Assembly (NCBI GenBank): GCA_964637915.1
Contig: CAZWXN010000003.1
Location: forward strand, 1 to 49,227
Length of the DNA: 49,227 nucleotides
Origin: an uncultured Nitrososphaeria archaeon
GTDB lineage: Archaea; Thermoproteota; Nitrososphaeria_A; Caldarchaeales; Wolframiiraptoraceae
Direction of reading: 5' to 3'
Each line of letters begins with the position of its first letter. Within the stretch, counting starts at the first letter, position 1. The notes below the pieces were generated by a model. The model had not been told where the DNA came from. It did not search any database and was given only the letters and a program-made list of their open reading frames with translations. The position numbers and the translations under genes were made by a program. Of this stretch, positions 1 through 10,038 are shown piece after piece.

Positions 1-1052
1 CGACCGAGGAGGTCATCACGCCGGAGGAGCTCAGGATGCTGCTTGAGGTGAATGAACATCCAGTGGCGTATGATGGCTTCGAGCCCAGTGGCTTAGCTCA
101 TCTACCCCTTGCCTTATTAAGGCCCATAAAGCTTGAGGATCTGCTTGAGGCTGGATGCAGGTTCAAGCTCCTTCTCGCGGACTGGCATGCGATGATAAAC
201 AATAAGATGGGAGGCGATCTCGAGAAGATAAGAAAGGTTGGGGAATATCTTCTCGAGGTCTGGAAGGCTGCTGGAGTAGATCTTAGCAAGGTTGAGGTCG
301 TCTGGGCCAGTGACTTGGCAGCCGACCCCGACTACTGGAAGCTCGTTATAAGAGTGGCGAAGAATGTGACGATAAAAAGGATATTGAGGGCTCTCCCAAT
401 AATGGGGAGGGTTGCTGGGGAGCTTGAGGAGGCGGCTCAAATAATATATCCGGCGATGCAGGTCTCGGACATATTTTATATGGGTGTCGAGATATGCCAG
501 CTCGGACTTGATCAGAGGAGGGCGAATATCCTCGCGAGGGAGCTCGCGCCCAAGCTCGGGTTCAAGAAGCCCGTGGCAGTCCATCATCACATGCTTATGG
601 GTCTTCAGGGACCATCAGAGCTCAAGGGATTCGAAGATGATCCTCGGATGAACCTTCAGATAGCGTCGAAGATGAGCAAGAGCATCCCTGAGACCAGCAT
701 CTTCGCCCATGACGATAAGGAGACGATAAGAGGCAAGATCAGAAGAGCTTACTGCCCGCCGAGAACTGCCGAGAATAACCCCATACTGGAATACGCCAAG
801 TACATTATTTTCAGGAAGCTTGGAAAGCTGTATATAAATAGGCCGAGCAAGTATGGCGGCCCCATCGAGTATTACTCCTATGAGGAGCTTGAGAGGGATT
901 ATGTTGAGGGCAGGCTTCATCCAGCAGATCTCAAGGAGGGCGTGGCAGAAGCATTAAACCAGCTCCTAAAGCCCATCCGAGAACACTTCGAGAAGGATCC
1001 GCGTGCAAGAGAGCTCTACGAGTTCGTCAAGTCCCAGGAGATCACGCGATAA
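1..1052 (+). CDS. tyrS: Tyrosyl-tRNA synthetase, archaeal type (5' end outside window)
   Basis: AYDGFEPSG..HL, YPAMQVSDI, GLDQRRAN, KMSKS, LHPADLK motifs; frame is open to the window start (TEEVITPEEL). Confidence 0.95.
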   Translation, partial: TEEVITPEELRMLLEVNEHPVAYDGFEPSGLAHLPLALLRPIKLEDLLEAGCRFKLLLADWHAMINNKMGGDLEKIRKVGEYLLEVWKAAGVDLSKVEVVWASDLAADPDYWKLVIRVAKNVTIKRILRALPIMGRVAGELEEAAQIIYPAMQVSDIFYMGVEICQLGLDQRRANILARELAPKLGFKKPVAVHHHMLMGLQGPSELKGFEDDPRMNLQIASKMSKSIPETSIFAHDDKETIRGKIRRAYCPPRTAENNPILEYAKYIIFRKLGKLYINRPSKYGGPIEYYSYEELERDYVEGRLHPADLKEGVAEALNQLLKPIREHFEKDPRARELYEFVKSQEITR

Positions 1053-1085
1053 GGCTTTAGAGGGGCTAAGACGGGATTTCTCAAG

Positions 1086-1904
1086 TTGATTGAGATTCTC
1101 ATCTACTTGATCATATTGATCCTGCTGGGGTTATTGGCGGGATTTCTCGGCGCAATGCTCGGCCTCGGCGGCGGCTTCATCATCGTTCCCGCCCTTATGC
1201 TTCTAGCGGGATTCGATGCCCATCATGCCATCGGGACCAGCATGGCCGCCATACTATTCACGGGATTCCCGGCAGCATTCGCTTATCATAGGCAGGGTAG
1301 GCTCGATTGGAGGCTCGCACTGGTCGCTGAGGCCACGACGATGCCGGGATCATTTCTAGGAGCAGTGCTCACGGGGCTCATCGCACCTGATCCTCTGAAG
1401 ATCCTATTCTCCATCTTCCTCATCGCCCTAGCACTCTCGATGATCCTGAGGAAGAACCCGCAATCTAGCGGGAAAGCGGCTAGGAGGAGCGGCGGGGTCG
1501 CTGTCTGGAGGAGGGCTCTCAGGGACTCACGCGGCGAGGTTTTCACATATTCGGTGGATTTGTTGAAGCTCCTCCCCGCAAGCTTTCTCGCCGGGATCAT
1601 TTCGGGATTCTTCGGCGTGGGCGGCGGCACCATAAAGGTCCCCGTGCTATATCACCTCGGAGCTCCCATGCATGTTGCCATCGCGACCTCAACGCTAATG
1701 ATCGCGCTCACCGCCATCTCCGGGACCATCGGCCACCTACTCCTAGGACACGTGAAACTTATCGAGCTACTCGCGCTCGCACCCGGGATAATTGCCGGAA
1801 CCCAGCTCGGAGCATCCACTGCTCGGAGAGTCAGGTCGCCGACGCTGAGGATGATATTCTCCCTAGCACTGATCATAATCGCCATGATCTTGCTCGTGAG
1901 ATAG
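1086..1904 (+). CDS. TauE/SafE (TSUP) family membrane exporter
   Basis: Two GLGGG/GVGGG..VP repeats, AIGTS/AIATS, hydrophobic helices. Confidence 0.9.
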   Translation: MIEILIYLIILILLGLLAGFLGAMLGLGGGFIIVPALMLLAGFDAHHAIGTSMAAILFTGFPAAFAYHRQGRLDWRLALVAEATTMPGSFLGAVLTGLIAPDPLKILFSIFLIALALSMILRKNPQSSGKAARRSGGVAVWRRALRDSRGEVFTYSVDLLKLLPASFLAGIISGFFGVGGGTIKVPVLYHLGAPMHVAIATSTLMIALTAISGTIGHLLLGHVKLIELLALAPGIIAGTQLGASTARRVRSPTLRMIFSLALIIIAMILLVR

Positions 1905-1909
1905 GCATA

Positions 1910-1988
1910 TGTGCCCCACCGCCGACAACTCCCCATCATGGCTGGGGCTCAGCGCCCCTCTCCGGGGAGCCAAACGCAGCGGTGGGGC
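1910..1988 (-). ncRNA. Putative single-hairpin box H/ACA pseudouridylation guide RNA
   Basis: Minus strand: 10-bp basal stem GCCCCACCGC/GCGGUGGGGC immediately followed by ACA; internal pocket; upper stem CUCCCC/GGGGAG with K-turn-like GGA / UGAUG tandem G.A pairs; apical GGGGC/GCCCC stem; TATA-like TTATTTAAG ~25 nt upstream. Confidence 0.7.
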
Positions 1989-2001
1989 AGTTATAAGAAC
2001 T

Positions 2002-3078
2002 CTAAGGCCGCTTAAATAATTTGGGCAGAAAATTTACGTTCTCGAGAATCACGTCGGCTGGACATCTCGTGAAGAATGTGCATGAGTATTTGTTCGTTAG
2101 GACTGCTGCTAGGTATGTCTTGATGTTATTCTCCCTCGCCTTTATGGCTAGGAAGTAGTCTTCCCCGCCATCGCCGACATAGAGTACTCGCTCGACACCG
2201 AGTCTCTTACAGCACTCCAATAGTCCCGCTGGATTGGGCTTATCCATCTCCCTCCTGCTATTATCTCCTGTAAAGATGCTCGCCTCAAGATCGAAATAGT
2301 GAAGTACCGGGCTTAGGATCTTTTCAGCCTCCCAACGCCCCTTACCAGACAATATCGCGAGACCCCTCGGCACAAGCTTCCTAAGCTCCTCCAATACTTC
2401 TGGCTCGATTATCAGCCTCTCATTCTCCAGTAGCCCGGGGCCATCATAGAACCTCGGATTCACGCCATACTTTCTCCTTATCCCCTCAGATCCGATGTAT
2501 AGTTCGCTGAATAATGTTGTCATTATTCCGGAGCCATATGGCGATATGGGGCCGATAAGCTCCCTAAACTCCCTTAGCCTTCGCGGGGAGACAGCCCTTC
2601 TATCCAATAATGCCTCAACATCCCCCGGAGACACATATTCCCCAAGGAGGGGAACCATGCTGGAGATTAGCCATCTAAGAGCATCCTCTAGGGGCTTCGG
2701 GCTACTCCCATCCCATGAGACTCGATCCATGTAGTGGCTCAAGTCTATTGGCTCCAGATCTCTCCTCACGAGGTCCGGGCATCCAAGCTCCACATAAATC
2801 GCCTGAAGGATTACTGAGATGATGTTCCTGATATTATTGAATCCCCCGAACATCTTCATGAGCTGGAAGGCCTCATCATAATCAACACCAACCCTGCATT
2901 CTATCCCAAGGAGCTGGTCGAGGTAGATCACTGTTATTATCTTTCCGGCGAGCGGGAATGATGTTGAGGCATCTATGAGAGTCCCATCGCAGTCAAAGAT
3001 TATCGCCTCAACCTCCCTCAGCGAGTCTAGTTTCTCCTCTAGCGCGAGAACCCCGCCATCCACCACAATGTAGCGCAT
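2002..3078 (-). CDS. HAD-superfamily hydrolase with large cap insertion
   Basis: IFDCDGTLID motif I, KPNP, YVGDGGED motif IV. Confidence 0.85.
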   Translation of the reverse strand: MRYIVVDGGVLALEEKLDSLREVEAIIFDCDGTLIDASTSFPLAGKIITVIYLDQLLGIECRVGVDYDEAFQLMKMFGGFNNIRNIISVILQAIYVELGCPDLVRRDLEPIDLSHYMDRVSWDGSSPKPLEDALRWLISSMVPLLGEYVSPGDVEALLDRRAVSPRRLREFRELIGPISPYGSGIMTTLFSELYIGSEGIRRKYGVNPRFYDGPGLLENERLIIEPEVLEELRKLVPRGLAILSGKGRWEAEKILSPVLHYFDLEASIFTGDNSRREMDKPNPAGLLECCKRLGVERVLYVGDGGEDYFLAIKARENNIKTYLAAVLTNKYSCTFFTRCPADVILENVNFLPKLFKRP

Positions 3079-3084
3079 GAATCC

Positions 3085-4752
3085 TCACCGTCTAAGCTTC
3101 TCGGCCAAGAGGCTAAGATCAAGTTCCATCGCCGCCGTCGGCATGCTCAGCTTCCAGTTGGTTAGGACCTCCGGGTGGATCTCGCCGAGGAATCCCAGCG
3201 CGTCGCCGCCCCATATTATCTGAGCCGCCCTGCCTTCTATGAACGGCATAGAATCCAGTGGGCTTAGATCCCACCCCTCCACGCCGAGATTCCTCAGTAC
3301 CTCCTCAACCACCGACTTCATCTCAGAATATGATGCCTCTGAATGTGATGAGGCCGCGGCAAGCCTAAGCCTCCTAAAAGCCTTCTCCGGCCTAGATGAA
3401 TCGGGATGGACGACATCCCCTACCTCAAATATCCTCTGAGGATATAATGCCTTAACATTCAGGGCGAGGGTCTTCATGAGACTTGGTAGAACCCATGTCC
3501 TTAGGATCGAGTATTCCTGCGAGACAGGATTCTTGAGCTTGATATGCGGATGAGGCTGAACACGCATCTTGACATACTCAATCTCGACGTTTGTTAAGGT
3601 GAAGTTCATAACCTCCGTGAAGCCGAGACCTATCATTATCTCCCTAGCCAGATCCTCCAGCACAGTATCGGGGTGAAGCCCTCCATAAATCAATACATGG
3701 GGCTGGGTTGGCTCAAGGTTACCATAGCCTATGCCCATCGCCACATCCTCTATCAAGTCAACTTCATGCATTATGTCGGGCCTATATGGCGGTGGGACAA
3801 CCTCTATCATCTCACCCTTAGTCCTGGCATCATACCTCATTCTTCTCAGCGCCCTGACTATGTCGATGCTTTTCAGCTCGAGACCAAGGGTCTCATTCAC
3901 GCTGCTCCTCCTCACCCTCCATCTCCTCGTCTTGTAGATGGGCGTTGATATGATCTTGTCCGGGTACTTGACCTTGACACGCTCAACCATGCCGCCCATA
4001 TCAGCCATCGTCGTTGTGAGTATGTTTATCGTGTGAATGACTGCCTTGAAATCAGTGCCCGTCACGTCGATGAATATGTCCGTGGTCTTCTCGCTAAGCT
4101 CCGTCAGCCTAGAGTTTATTATCGGCGGGAAGGAGAGGACCCGATCCAAGGAATCAAGTATCAAGGGGTAGAATGGCTTCCCCCTCAGGATGTGGGCGTA
4201 TTGGATCCCCTTCTCATGCCCCTCCAGTATCTCGTCGAGCGTCATGGGGGAGTATCCGCCCAGAGGTATAAACTTGTATTCGTCACCCCTCGCCGCGACA
4301 TACTTGAATGGGGGCTTGACCGCGGAGTAGTCGTGGAGTCCTATCGCGACCTTCGCCCTATTCCTTCCGAGGATCCAGTGAAGATCCTCCTGCATCACTA
4401 TTAGCTCCTCAAGCTCCTCGGTCCCCAGCTTCAGCCCCCTGACTATCGCGGCGGCCACATAGGGTCTTACATCCCTAAGCCTAGGATCAACCTCAATATA
4501 CGTCCTAGCAGGCCTAAGCCTGTATCTCGGAGCTCCCACCGATATCCCGAGGAGACCCCTCGCTGCCCTTGCAATACCCACGGGGCTCGAGAAATCCGGC
4601 CTATTCGGGTTATACTCGACCCTGAAATACTCGTCTGTGATCTCCTCAACATCAAGGCCGAGGTCGTGGAGGAGGTTTGAAAGCTCCTCATCACTCAGCT
4701 CTCTTCCGAGAAGGCTCCAGAAACGCTGCTTCCTCACAGTGAGAGCCGGCAT
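3085..4752 (-). CDS. pheT: Phenylalanyl-tRNA synthetase beta subunit
   Basis: NPNRPD, GRNRAKVAIGLHD, SFPPIINS, YRPDIMHEVDLIEDVA. Confidence 0.97.
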   Translation of the reverse strand: MPALTVRKQRFWSLLGRELSDEELSNLLHDLGLDVEEITDEYFRVEYNPNRPDFSSPVGIARAARGLLGISVGAPRYRLRPARTYIEVDPRLRDVRPYVAAAIVRGLKLGTEELEELIVMQEDLHWILGRNRAKVAIGLHDYSAVKPPFKYVAARGDEYKFIPLGGYSPMTLDEILEGHEKGIQYAHILRGKPFYPLILDSLDRVLSFPPIINSRLTELSEKTTDIFIDVTGTDFKAVIHTINILTTTMADMGGMVERVKVKYPDKIISTPIYKTRRWRVRRSSVNETLGLELKSIDIVRALRRMRYDARTKGEMIEVVPPPYRPDIMHEVDLIEDVAMGIGYGNLEPTQPHVLIYGGLHPDTVLEDLAREIMIGLGFTEVMNFTLTNVEIEYVKMRVQPHPHIKLKNPVSQEYSILRTWVLPSLMKTLALNVKALYPQRIFEVGDVVHPDSSRPEKAFRRLRLAAASSHSEASYSEMKSVVEEVLRNLGVEGWDLSPLDSMPFIEGRAAQIIWGGDALGFLGEIHPEVLTNWKLSMPTAAMELDLSLLAEKLRR

Positions 4753-4839
4753 TTTTCACTAAACGCCGCCGAGGCCCATTAAATGAACCTTTCGAGCCCA
4801 GTCCATGTTTATTAGATGGCTATCATGCGGAGACGTTGT

Positions 4840-5256
4840 ATGCCGGAAGACTGGGAGCTTGAGAGGATAAAGTATGAGAAGCTAAAGAGGTTGATGAGCG
4901 GGACCGAGAAAACCCAGGCTGAAAAGCCTACAGGATATTCGAAGCCGATTCACTTGGATGAGGAAGAGTTTGACGAGTTCATCAGGTCCCATGATCTCGT
5001 CTTGGTGGATTTTTGGGCTGAATGGTGTGGACCCTGCCGCATGATAGCCCCGATCCTAGATGAGATAGCGAGGGATTATGCGGGGAGGCTCACCGTGGCG
5101 AAGGTGGATGTTGATAGAAGTAGGGGACTCGCCATGAGATTCGGGATCATGAGTATACCAACCCTCATCCTGTTCAAGAGGGGGAGGCCCGTGGAGATGA
5201 TGATCGGCGCTAGGCCAAGACCCGCGATAGAGGAGATGATCAGGAGGCATCTCTAG
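4840..5256 (+). CDS. trxA: Thioredoxin with N-terminal extension
   Basis: VDFWAEWCGPC, SIPT; start moved to ATG 4840 because a TATA-like TTTATTA lies ~26 nt upstream. Confidence 0.95.
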   Translation: MPEDWELERIKYEKLKRLMSGTEKTQAEKPTGYSKPIHLDEEEFDEFIRSHDLVLVDFWAEWCGPCRMIAPILDEIARDYAGRLTVAKVDVDRSRGLAMRFGIMSIPTLILFKRGRPVEMMIGARPRPAIEEMIRRHL

Positions 5257-5310
5257 CCCCTGGAAATCCATTTCTAGAGGCCATACCTTTGTAGAGATTC
5301 TGATGAGGGC

Positions 5311-6882
5311 TTGGCTATCCTAGAGGAGCTACTCACGATCCTAGCGGCTGTAGGGATGACATGGGCTAGGATGACAGCGGCCCTTATCATCTCGATAATC
5401 TTCTCCTTATGTGTTGGGATCCCCGCCGCTGTTAACAGGGTGGCGGAGAAGATCGTGATCCCAGCCCTCGATATACTCCAGTCAATCCCGATCCTCAGCT
5501 TCTTCCCAATAGCATTATACGTGTTCATAATTATTCACCCGGTTATAGGGCCGGAGCTCGCCGCAATCTTCCTAATATTCACGAGCCAGGCATGGAACAT
5601 AGCATTCGGGGTCTATAAGAGCGTGAGGCTGATACCCCCGGAGCTCTTGGAGGCCTCTAACGCCCTGGATTTAGGACTATGGAGGAGATTGTCCAGCCTC
5701 TATATCCCGGCGGCTTTCCCCGGCATAGCCAGTAACCTTCCACCATCATGGGCTAATGGGCTATACTTTCTTGTCGCCTGCGAGATAATCACAATAGGGG
5801 AAGCTGAGTGGAGCCTCTTCGGGATAGGGACGCTCTCGACGAGCTATATCATGGCTGGGAAGATGATCGAGTTCATAGCTAGCTTGGTCGTGGTCATCGC
5901 TGCCGTTATTCTCACGAATCTTCTCGTCTTCATCCCCGTGATAAGGCTCAGCGAGAGATACAAGTTCGAGGAGAGAGCGGCTGAGATACCTAGAGTCTGG
6001 ATCGAGAGGGTCTCAGGATGGCTATCGCGCATGGCGAGGCGGATAGCATTCAGCTTAAGCCCCCGACTCACATTATTCGAGCTGAGGATTCCATCCGGGA
6101 CCCCGAGGATCCTGCTGATCGCCATGCTAGTTGTCGTAGTCGCGCTTCTAGGGCATAGTATCTCGGGAAGGATTTCGGCCGAGGTCACGCTAGCCTGGGC
6201 CCAAGATATAGTGGAGGTATTTCAAAGACTGGGCGTGGTGGATCCCCTCGTGATGATCGGATTCTCGTTAGCCCGCGTCTCCGCCGCCGTGGCCTTCGGC
6301 CTCCTCTGGACACTGCCAGTCGCGATCCTAATCTATGAGAAGAGGACGCTTGAAAAAATCCTGATACCACCATTCCAGATAATAGCATCCTTCCCAGCGA
6401 CACTCATACTCCCGCTAATCGCGAAGGCCGTCGTGGATCTAGGGCTCCCACTCGAGCTAGGCGCACTCCTCATGATACTTCTCGGAACACAATGGTATCT
6501 ACTCTTCTTCTTGCTGGATGGGCTGAGAAGCATACCATATGAGGAGGAGGAGGTTTGTAAGGCCCTCGCGATGACTAGGCTACAGAAGCTCAGACATCTC
6601 TATCTCCCTAGGATGCTTCCATCACTTATCATGGGGCTCATAGTATGCTTCGGCGGCGGGTGGAACACCTTAGTGGTAGCTGAGCGCGCAATCTTGGGAG
6701 AATTCACATGGGATCTCGGGAGCCCCGGCATAGGGAGGATGCTCAGCATAGCCGTGGATGAGGGGGACCTCGCCCTCCTAATCGCCGCGACAATCTGGAT
6801 GGCGGGCTTCATAGTCCTCCTGAATAGGCTCTTATGGAGGAAGCTATACGAGAAGGCCGTGAAGATGGTTGGTGTTGCGTGA
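5311..6882 (+). CDS. NitT/TauT-type ABC transporter permease, duplicated TM domains
   Basis: DILQSIPILSF, FTSQAWN, EAA-loop-like segments twice, GGGWN. Confidence 0.9.
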   Translation: MAILEELLTILAAVGMTWARMTAALIISIIFSLCVGIPAAVNRVAEKIVIPALDILQSIPILSFFPIALYVFIIIHPVIGPELAAIFLIFTSQAWNIAFGVYKSVRLIPPELLEASNALDLGLWRRLSSLYIPAAFPGIASNLPPSWANGLYFLVACEIITIGEAEWSLFGIGTLSTSYIMAGKMIEFIASLVVVIAAVILTNLLVFIPVIRLSERYKFEERAAEIPRVWIERVSGWLSRMARRIAFSLSPRLTLFELRIPSGTPRILLIAMLVVVVALLGHSISGRISAEVTLAWAQDIVEVFQRLGVVDPLVMIGFSLARVSAAVAFGLLWTLPVAILIYEKRTLEKILIPPFQIIASFPATLILPLIAKAVVDLGLPLELGALLMILLGTQWYLLFFLLDGLRSIPYEEEEVCKALAMTRLQKLRHLYLPRMLPSLIMGLIVCFGGGWNTLVVAERAILGEFTWDLGSPGIGRMLSIAVDEGDLALLIAATIWMAGFIVLLNRLLWRKLYEKAVKMVGVA

Positions 6883-7658
6883 TGAATGGACCCAGCATCA
6901 AGGAGCCGATACTGGAGCTCAGGGACATAGTCTTCGGATACAAGCTGAGAAAGGGCGAGAATATCAGGATTTTCGATGGCCTCTCCCTAGACGTAAAATA
7001 CGCGGAGTTCATCGGGATAGCTGGGCCGAGTGGATGCGGCAAGAGCACGCTAATCAGGATAATGGCAGGCCTCATCAAGCCCGAGAAGGGAGAGGTCCTC
7101 TTTAGGGGCAAGCCGCTCAAGAAGCCGACACCGAGGATTGGGATAATGTTTCAGAGCCCAGCCCTCTTCCCATGGTATACCGTTCTCGAGAACGTCATGC
7201 TGGCATTGATCCATGAGAAGGATCTGAGTGAGAATGATAAGATTGAGAGGGCGAGGGTGTTTCTGGATATGGTTGGCTTAACGGCCTTCGAGTCCGCGTA
7301 TCCCGCAGAGCTGAGCGGCGGTATGAAGGCTAGGGTCGCGCTAGCCCGCGCCCTTGTCTCTCAGCCGGATCTTCTCCTAATGGATGAGCCATTCAGCAAT
7401 CTAGACCCGCTGACAGCGATATCGCTGAGGAGGGAGGTGGAGTCCCTCTGGCTGAATCAGAGCATGCCACCGAGCTCCGTCGTCATGGTGAGCCATGATA
7501 TAGAGGAGCTCGTAGAGCTATGCGACAGGATAATAGTCCTGACGAAGAGGCCGGCCAAGATTGCCGGAGCAGTCGAGGTCGATCTCGATAGGCCGAGGCA
7601 AAGGAGGAGCCCAGAGTTCTACAAGTATGTTGACGAGGTCTACACCCTTCTAAGCTAG
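6882..7658 (+). CDS. NitT/TauT-type ABC transporter ATPase
   Basis: GPSGCGKST, LSGGM, LLMDEPF, SHD; ATG overlaps the permease stop. Confidence 0.95.
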   Translation: MNGPSIKEPILELRDIVFGYKLRKGENIRIFDGLSLDVKYAEFIGIAGPSGCGKSTLIRIMAGLIKPEKGEVLFRGKPLKKPTPRIGIMFQSPALFPWYTVLENVMLALIHEKDLSENDKIERARVFLDMVGLTAFESAYPAELSGGMKARVALARALVSQPDLLLMDEPFSNLDPLTAISLRREVESLWLNQSMPPSSVVMVSHDIEELVELCDRIIVLTKRPAKIAGAVEVDLDRPRQRRSPEFYKYVDEVYTLLS

Positions 7659-8146
7659 CTCTTCTTTACCTTAAACGTCTTCTCCTCTCCATTATACTCG
7701 ACGAGCTCTGTGTATAGTAGCCATTCTAAGAGCATGCGGTGAATCTCCTCCGGGTCCCTGTATTCCTCGCTAAGCCCGCTTATCTCCGAGATCTCCTCGA
7801 AAAGCTCCTCGGCCGTGAACTCCTCCCTCTCTTTAACGAGTTTGAATATCGTGGCGAATGGCTCGACACTCCTCAGAGCATCCCTTATAATAAGCTTCTT
7901 TTGATCCGGCCTTGCCTTCACGAATTCCCTGCCGAGCTCCGTGAGCGCTATGTCTCCATTCTCCACCTTCACGAGGCCTAGGGCTTCTGCCACGTCTATC
8001 ACGGGAAGGAGCTCATCAACATCGCTCTGGAGATTGATTGCTATCCGGGCTATATCCGCCTTGCCCCCGTGATCAAAGATAACGTTAATGATCCCGGTGA
8101 TCATCTCGGGTGTTACGAAGGAGGAAATTTTAGGCCTACTACTCAT
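7655..8146 (-). CDS. Stand-alone C-terminal AAA-associated (winged-helix) domain of NitT/TauT ATPases
   Basis: GGKADI..VDELLPVIDVAEALGLVKVENGDIALTELG..W..Y.EL..Y pattern. Confidence 0.75.
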   Translation of the reverse strand: MSSRPKISSFVTPEMITGIINVIFDHGGKADIARIAINLQSDVDELLPVIDVAEALGLVKVENGDIALTELGREFVKARPDQKKLIIRDALRSVEPFATIFKLVKEREEFTAEELFEEISEISGLSEEYRDPEEIHRMLLEWLLYTELVEYNGEEKTFKVKKS

Positions 8147-8209
8147 CTACCACCTTCCTTGTAGAAAGAATAGAGGTCCCATGAGATAAAGGTTTTCCCG
8201 CAATATTTT

Positions 8210-9355
8210 TCAAGCAACTCTCGAGCAGATCTGCTCGATCGGATTAAGTCTCATGTGGAGTTTTCGATACTCCTCCGCGCTCCCTCGAAAAGATTCATCC
8301 GACAGGATTCTTTTTATCGCTGATTCAAGCGTCTCACGTGAGAGCTTATCCTGCTCGAGGATTATGCCCGCGCCGGACTCAGCGACCGATAATGCATTGC
8401 CAAGCTGCTCACCATGCGCCGGTATCGGTATCATTATCACTGGCTTCCCAGATGCGAGGGCCTTAGCCAGCGTCGTCTGCCCAGCCCTGCAGATAACCAG
8501 ATCCGAGATCGCGAATATCTTCATCGGATCGTCCACCCATGGGTAAACCCTCACGCGCTCGGCAATATACCCGGGCTCATCGCCGCCGAGTGTCGCTATG
8601 ACCTGATACTCCCCGACGATCTCATCGAGTATTGGCAATATCCTCCTCGTCAAAATCCTCCGCTCATAAGCTGGGCCGCTGGCGTGATAGAATATTATCG
8701 GGCCGCCTCCCGGATCCAAGCCATACATCTCGCAAAGCTCATCCCTCCGCGGATTCTCCTCAAGCCTCTCGATAACCGGTCCTATGAAGCTAGTCCTCTC
8801 GAGAAACCTATCCGGGATGACAAGATTCCGCTTCGAGATCGTGTATGGCGGAGGATAATCCACTATCAGGATCTCGTCGCTAAGTCCCCAGATCTCCCCA
8901 GGAGAATAGCAAGCCGCCTCGAGTATCTCTATCAGCCTCCGATACCGGGGATACTCTATCCTTATGTTGAATTGGTTGAGTATCGTGAATGTTGGCTTCC
9001 CGAGGATCTTTCCAGCCAGAGTCGTGGATACTCTCGAGTCTGATAAGACTAGGTCCGCATCCTCGGCATAGCCAAGCTCGCATGACAACTGCTCCAAGAA
9101 CCTGATTGGGAGCATGATGTTTCGGAAAATGGTCATCTTTATGCTGACCTTGCCCTCGGGCAGCACACCATAGGATACCGGCGGCGATGGCAGCGCATTA
9201 ACCCCCGCAGACATCAGATATCTCAGGCCATCGCCATAGGAGGAGACGGTTATTGTAAAGCCGCGCCTCTCCAGCTCACGTAGTATGATCAGTGATCTCG
9301 CGGCATGTCCATAACCTATACCGCATATTCCAAGGTGTATTCTGCGGGGCGGCAT
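8210..9355 (-). CDS. GT28/MurG-like glycosyltransferase
   Basis: CGIGYGHAAR, ICRAGQTT, HGEQLGNA. Confidence 0.88.
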   Translation of the reverse strand: MPPRRIHLGICGIGYGHAARSLIILRELERRGFTITVSSYGDGLRYLMSAGVNALPSPPVSYGVLPEGKVSIKMTIFRNIMLPIRFLEQLSCELGYAEDADLVLSDSRVSTTLAGKILGKPTFTILNQFNIRIEYPRYRRLIEILEAACYSPGEIWGLSDEILIVDYPPPYTISKRNLVIPDRFLERTSFIGPVIERLEENPRRDELCEMYGLDPGGGPIIFYHASGPAYERRILTRRILPILDEIVGEYQVIATLGGDEPGYIAERVRVYPWVDDPMKIFAISDLVICRAGQTTLAKALASGKPVIMIPIPAHGEQLGNALSVAESGAGIILEQDKLSRETLESAIKRILSDESFRGSAEEYRKLHMRLNPIEQICSRVA

Positions 9356-9377
9356 CTCATGCTACCTTTCCACATTA

Positions 9378-9992
9378 TCAACATCTTCCTAAACTTCTCT
9401 CAATAACCCTGCCCTTGGGAGACTCCTCCTCGAACACTTGCGCAGAGAACCTGTATAGCCTCATCTTGCCGGTGAGCCAGTATGTAGGCGCGAGGCCGGC
9501 CTTGATGCAGAGATGCATGAGATACTCCTCGGGCGACCAGCCATATTCTACTGGAACCTGCGGGAGTAGGAGACCGCTATAGATGCCCGCCTCAATTATC
9601 AGGCCATCCTCCCCTATCCTTATCATGTTCGGGAGCTCCTTTGGATCTGTGAACTTTATCTCCTCGGGCGGTGTCAGCACGCTAACCTCCACGATTATGC
9701 TTGACATCTCCTCTGGGGAGACCGGCGGGAACCTGGGATCCTCGGTCGCTGATGCTATCGCAGCCCTCATGGTTGCCTCTATCAGCGGGTATTCGGGCAG
9801 CGGGATCCCTATACAGCCTCTCAACTCCCTCTCCGGATAGGTGTAGAGGGTTACGAAGACGCCCTGCCTTCTCCTAATCTTCTCGGGAGCATCATCGGGT
9901 GGAGCCGGCATCTTCCCGGAGAGATAAACCTCTATCGTCTTTCTAGCAAGCTTCACGAGGTATGTGCCCTCACTTAGGCTGAGCCTCTCCAT
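9378..9992 (-). CDS. AMMECR1 / TIGR00296 family protein
   Basis: GVFVTL, LRGCIG, DPRFPP, GLLLPQV, LCIKAGL. Confidence 0.95.
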   Translation of the reverse strand: MERLSLSEGTYLVKLARKTIEVYLSGKMPAPPDDAPEKIRRRQGVFVTLYTYPERELRGCIGIPLPEYPLIEATMRAAIASATEDPRFPPVSPEEMSSIIVEVSVLTPPEEIKFTDPKELPNMIRIGEDGLIIEAGIYSGLLLPQVPVEYGWSPEEYLMHLCIKAGLAPTYWLTGKMRLYRFSAQVFEEESPKGRVIERSLGRC

Positions 9993-10038
9993 GCCATCGA
10001 GATAAGCCTCATCGTAGATATTTAAAATTCCGTGAGCG

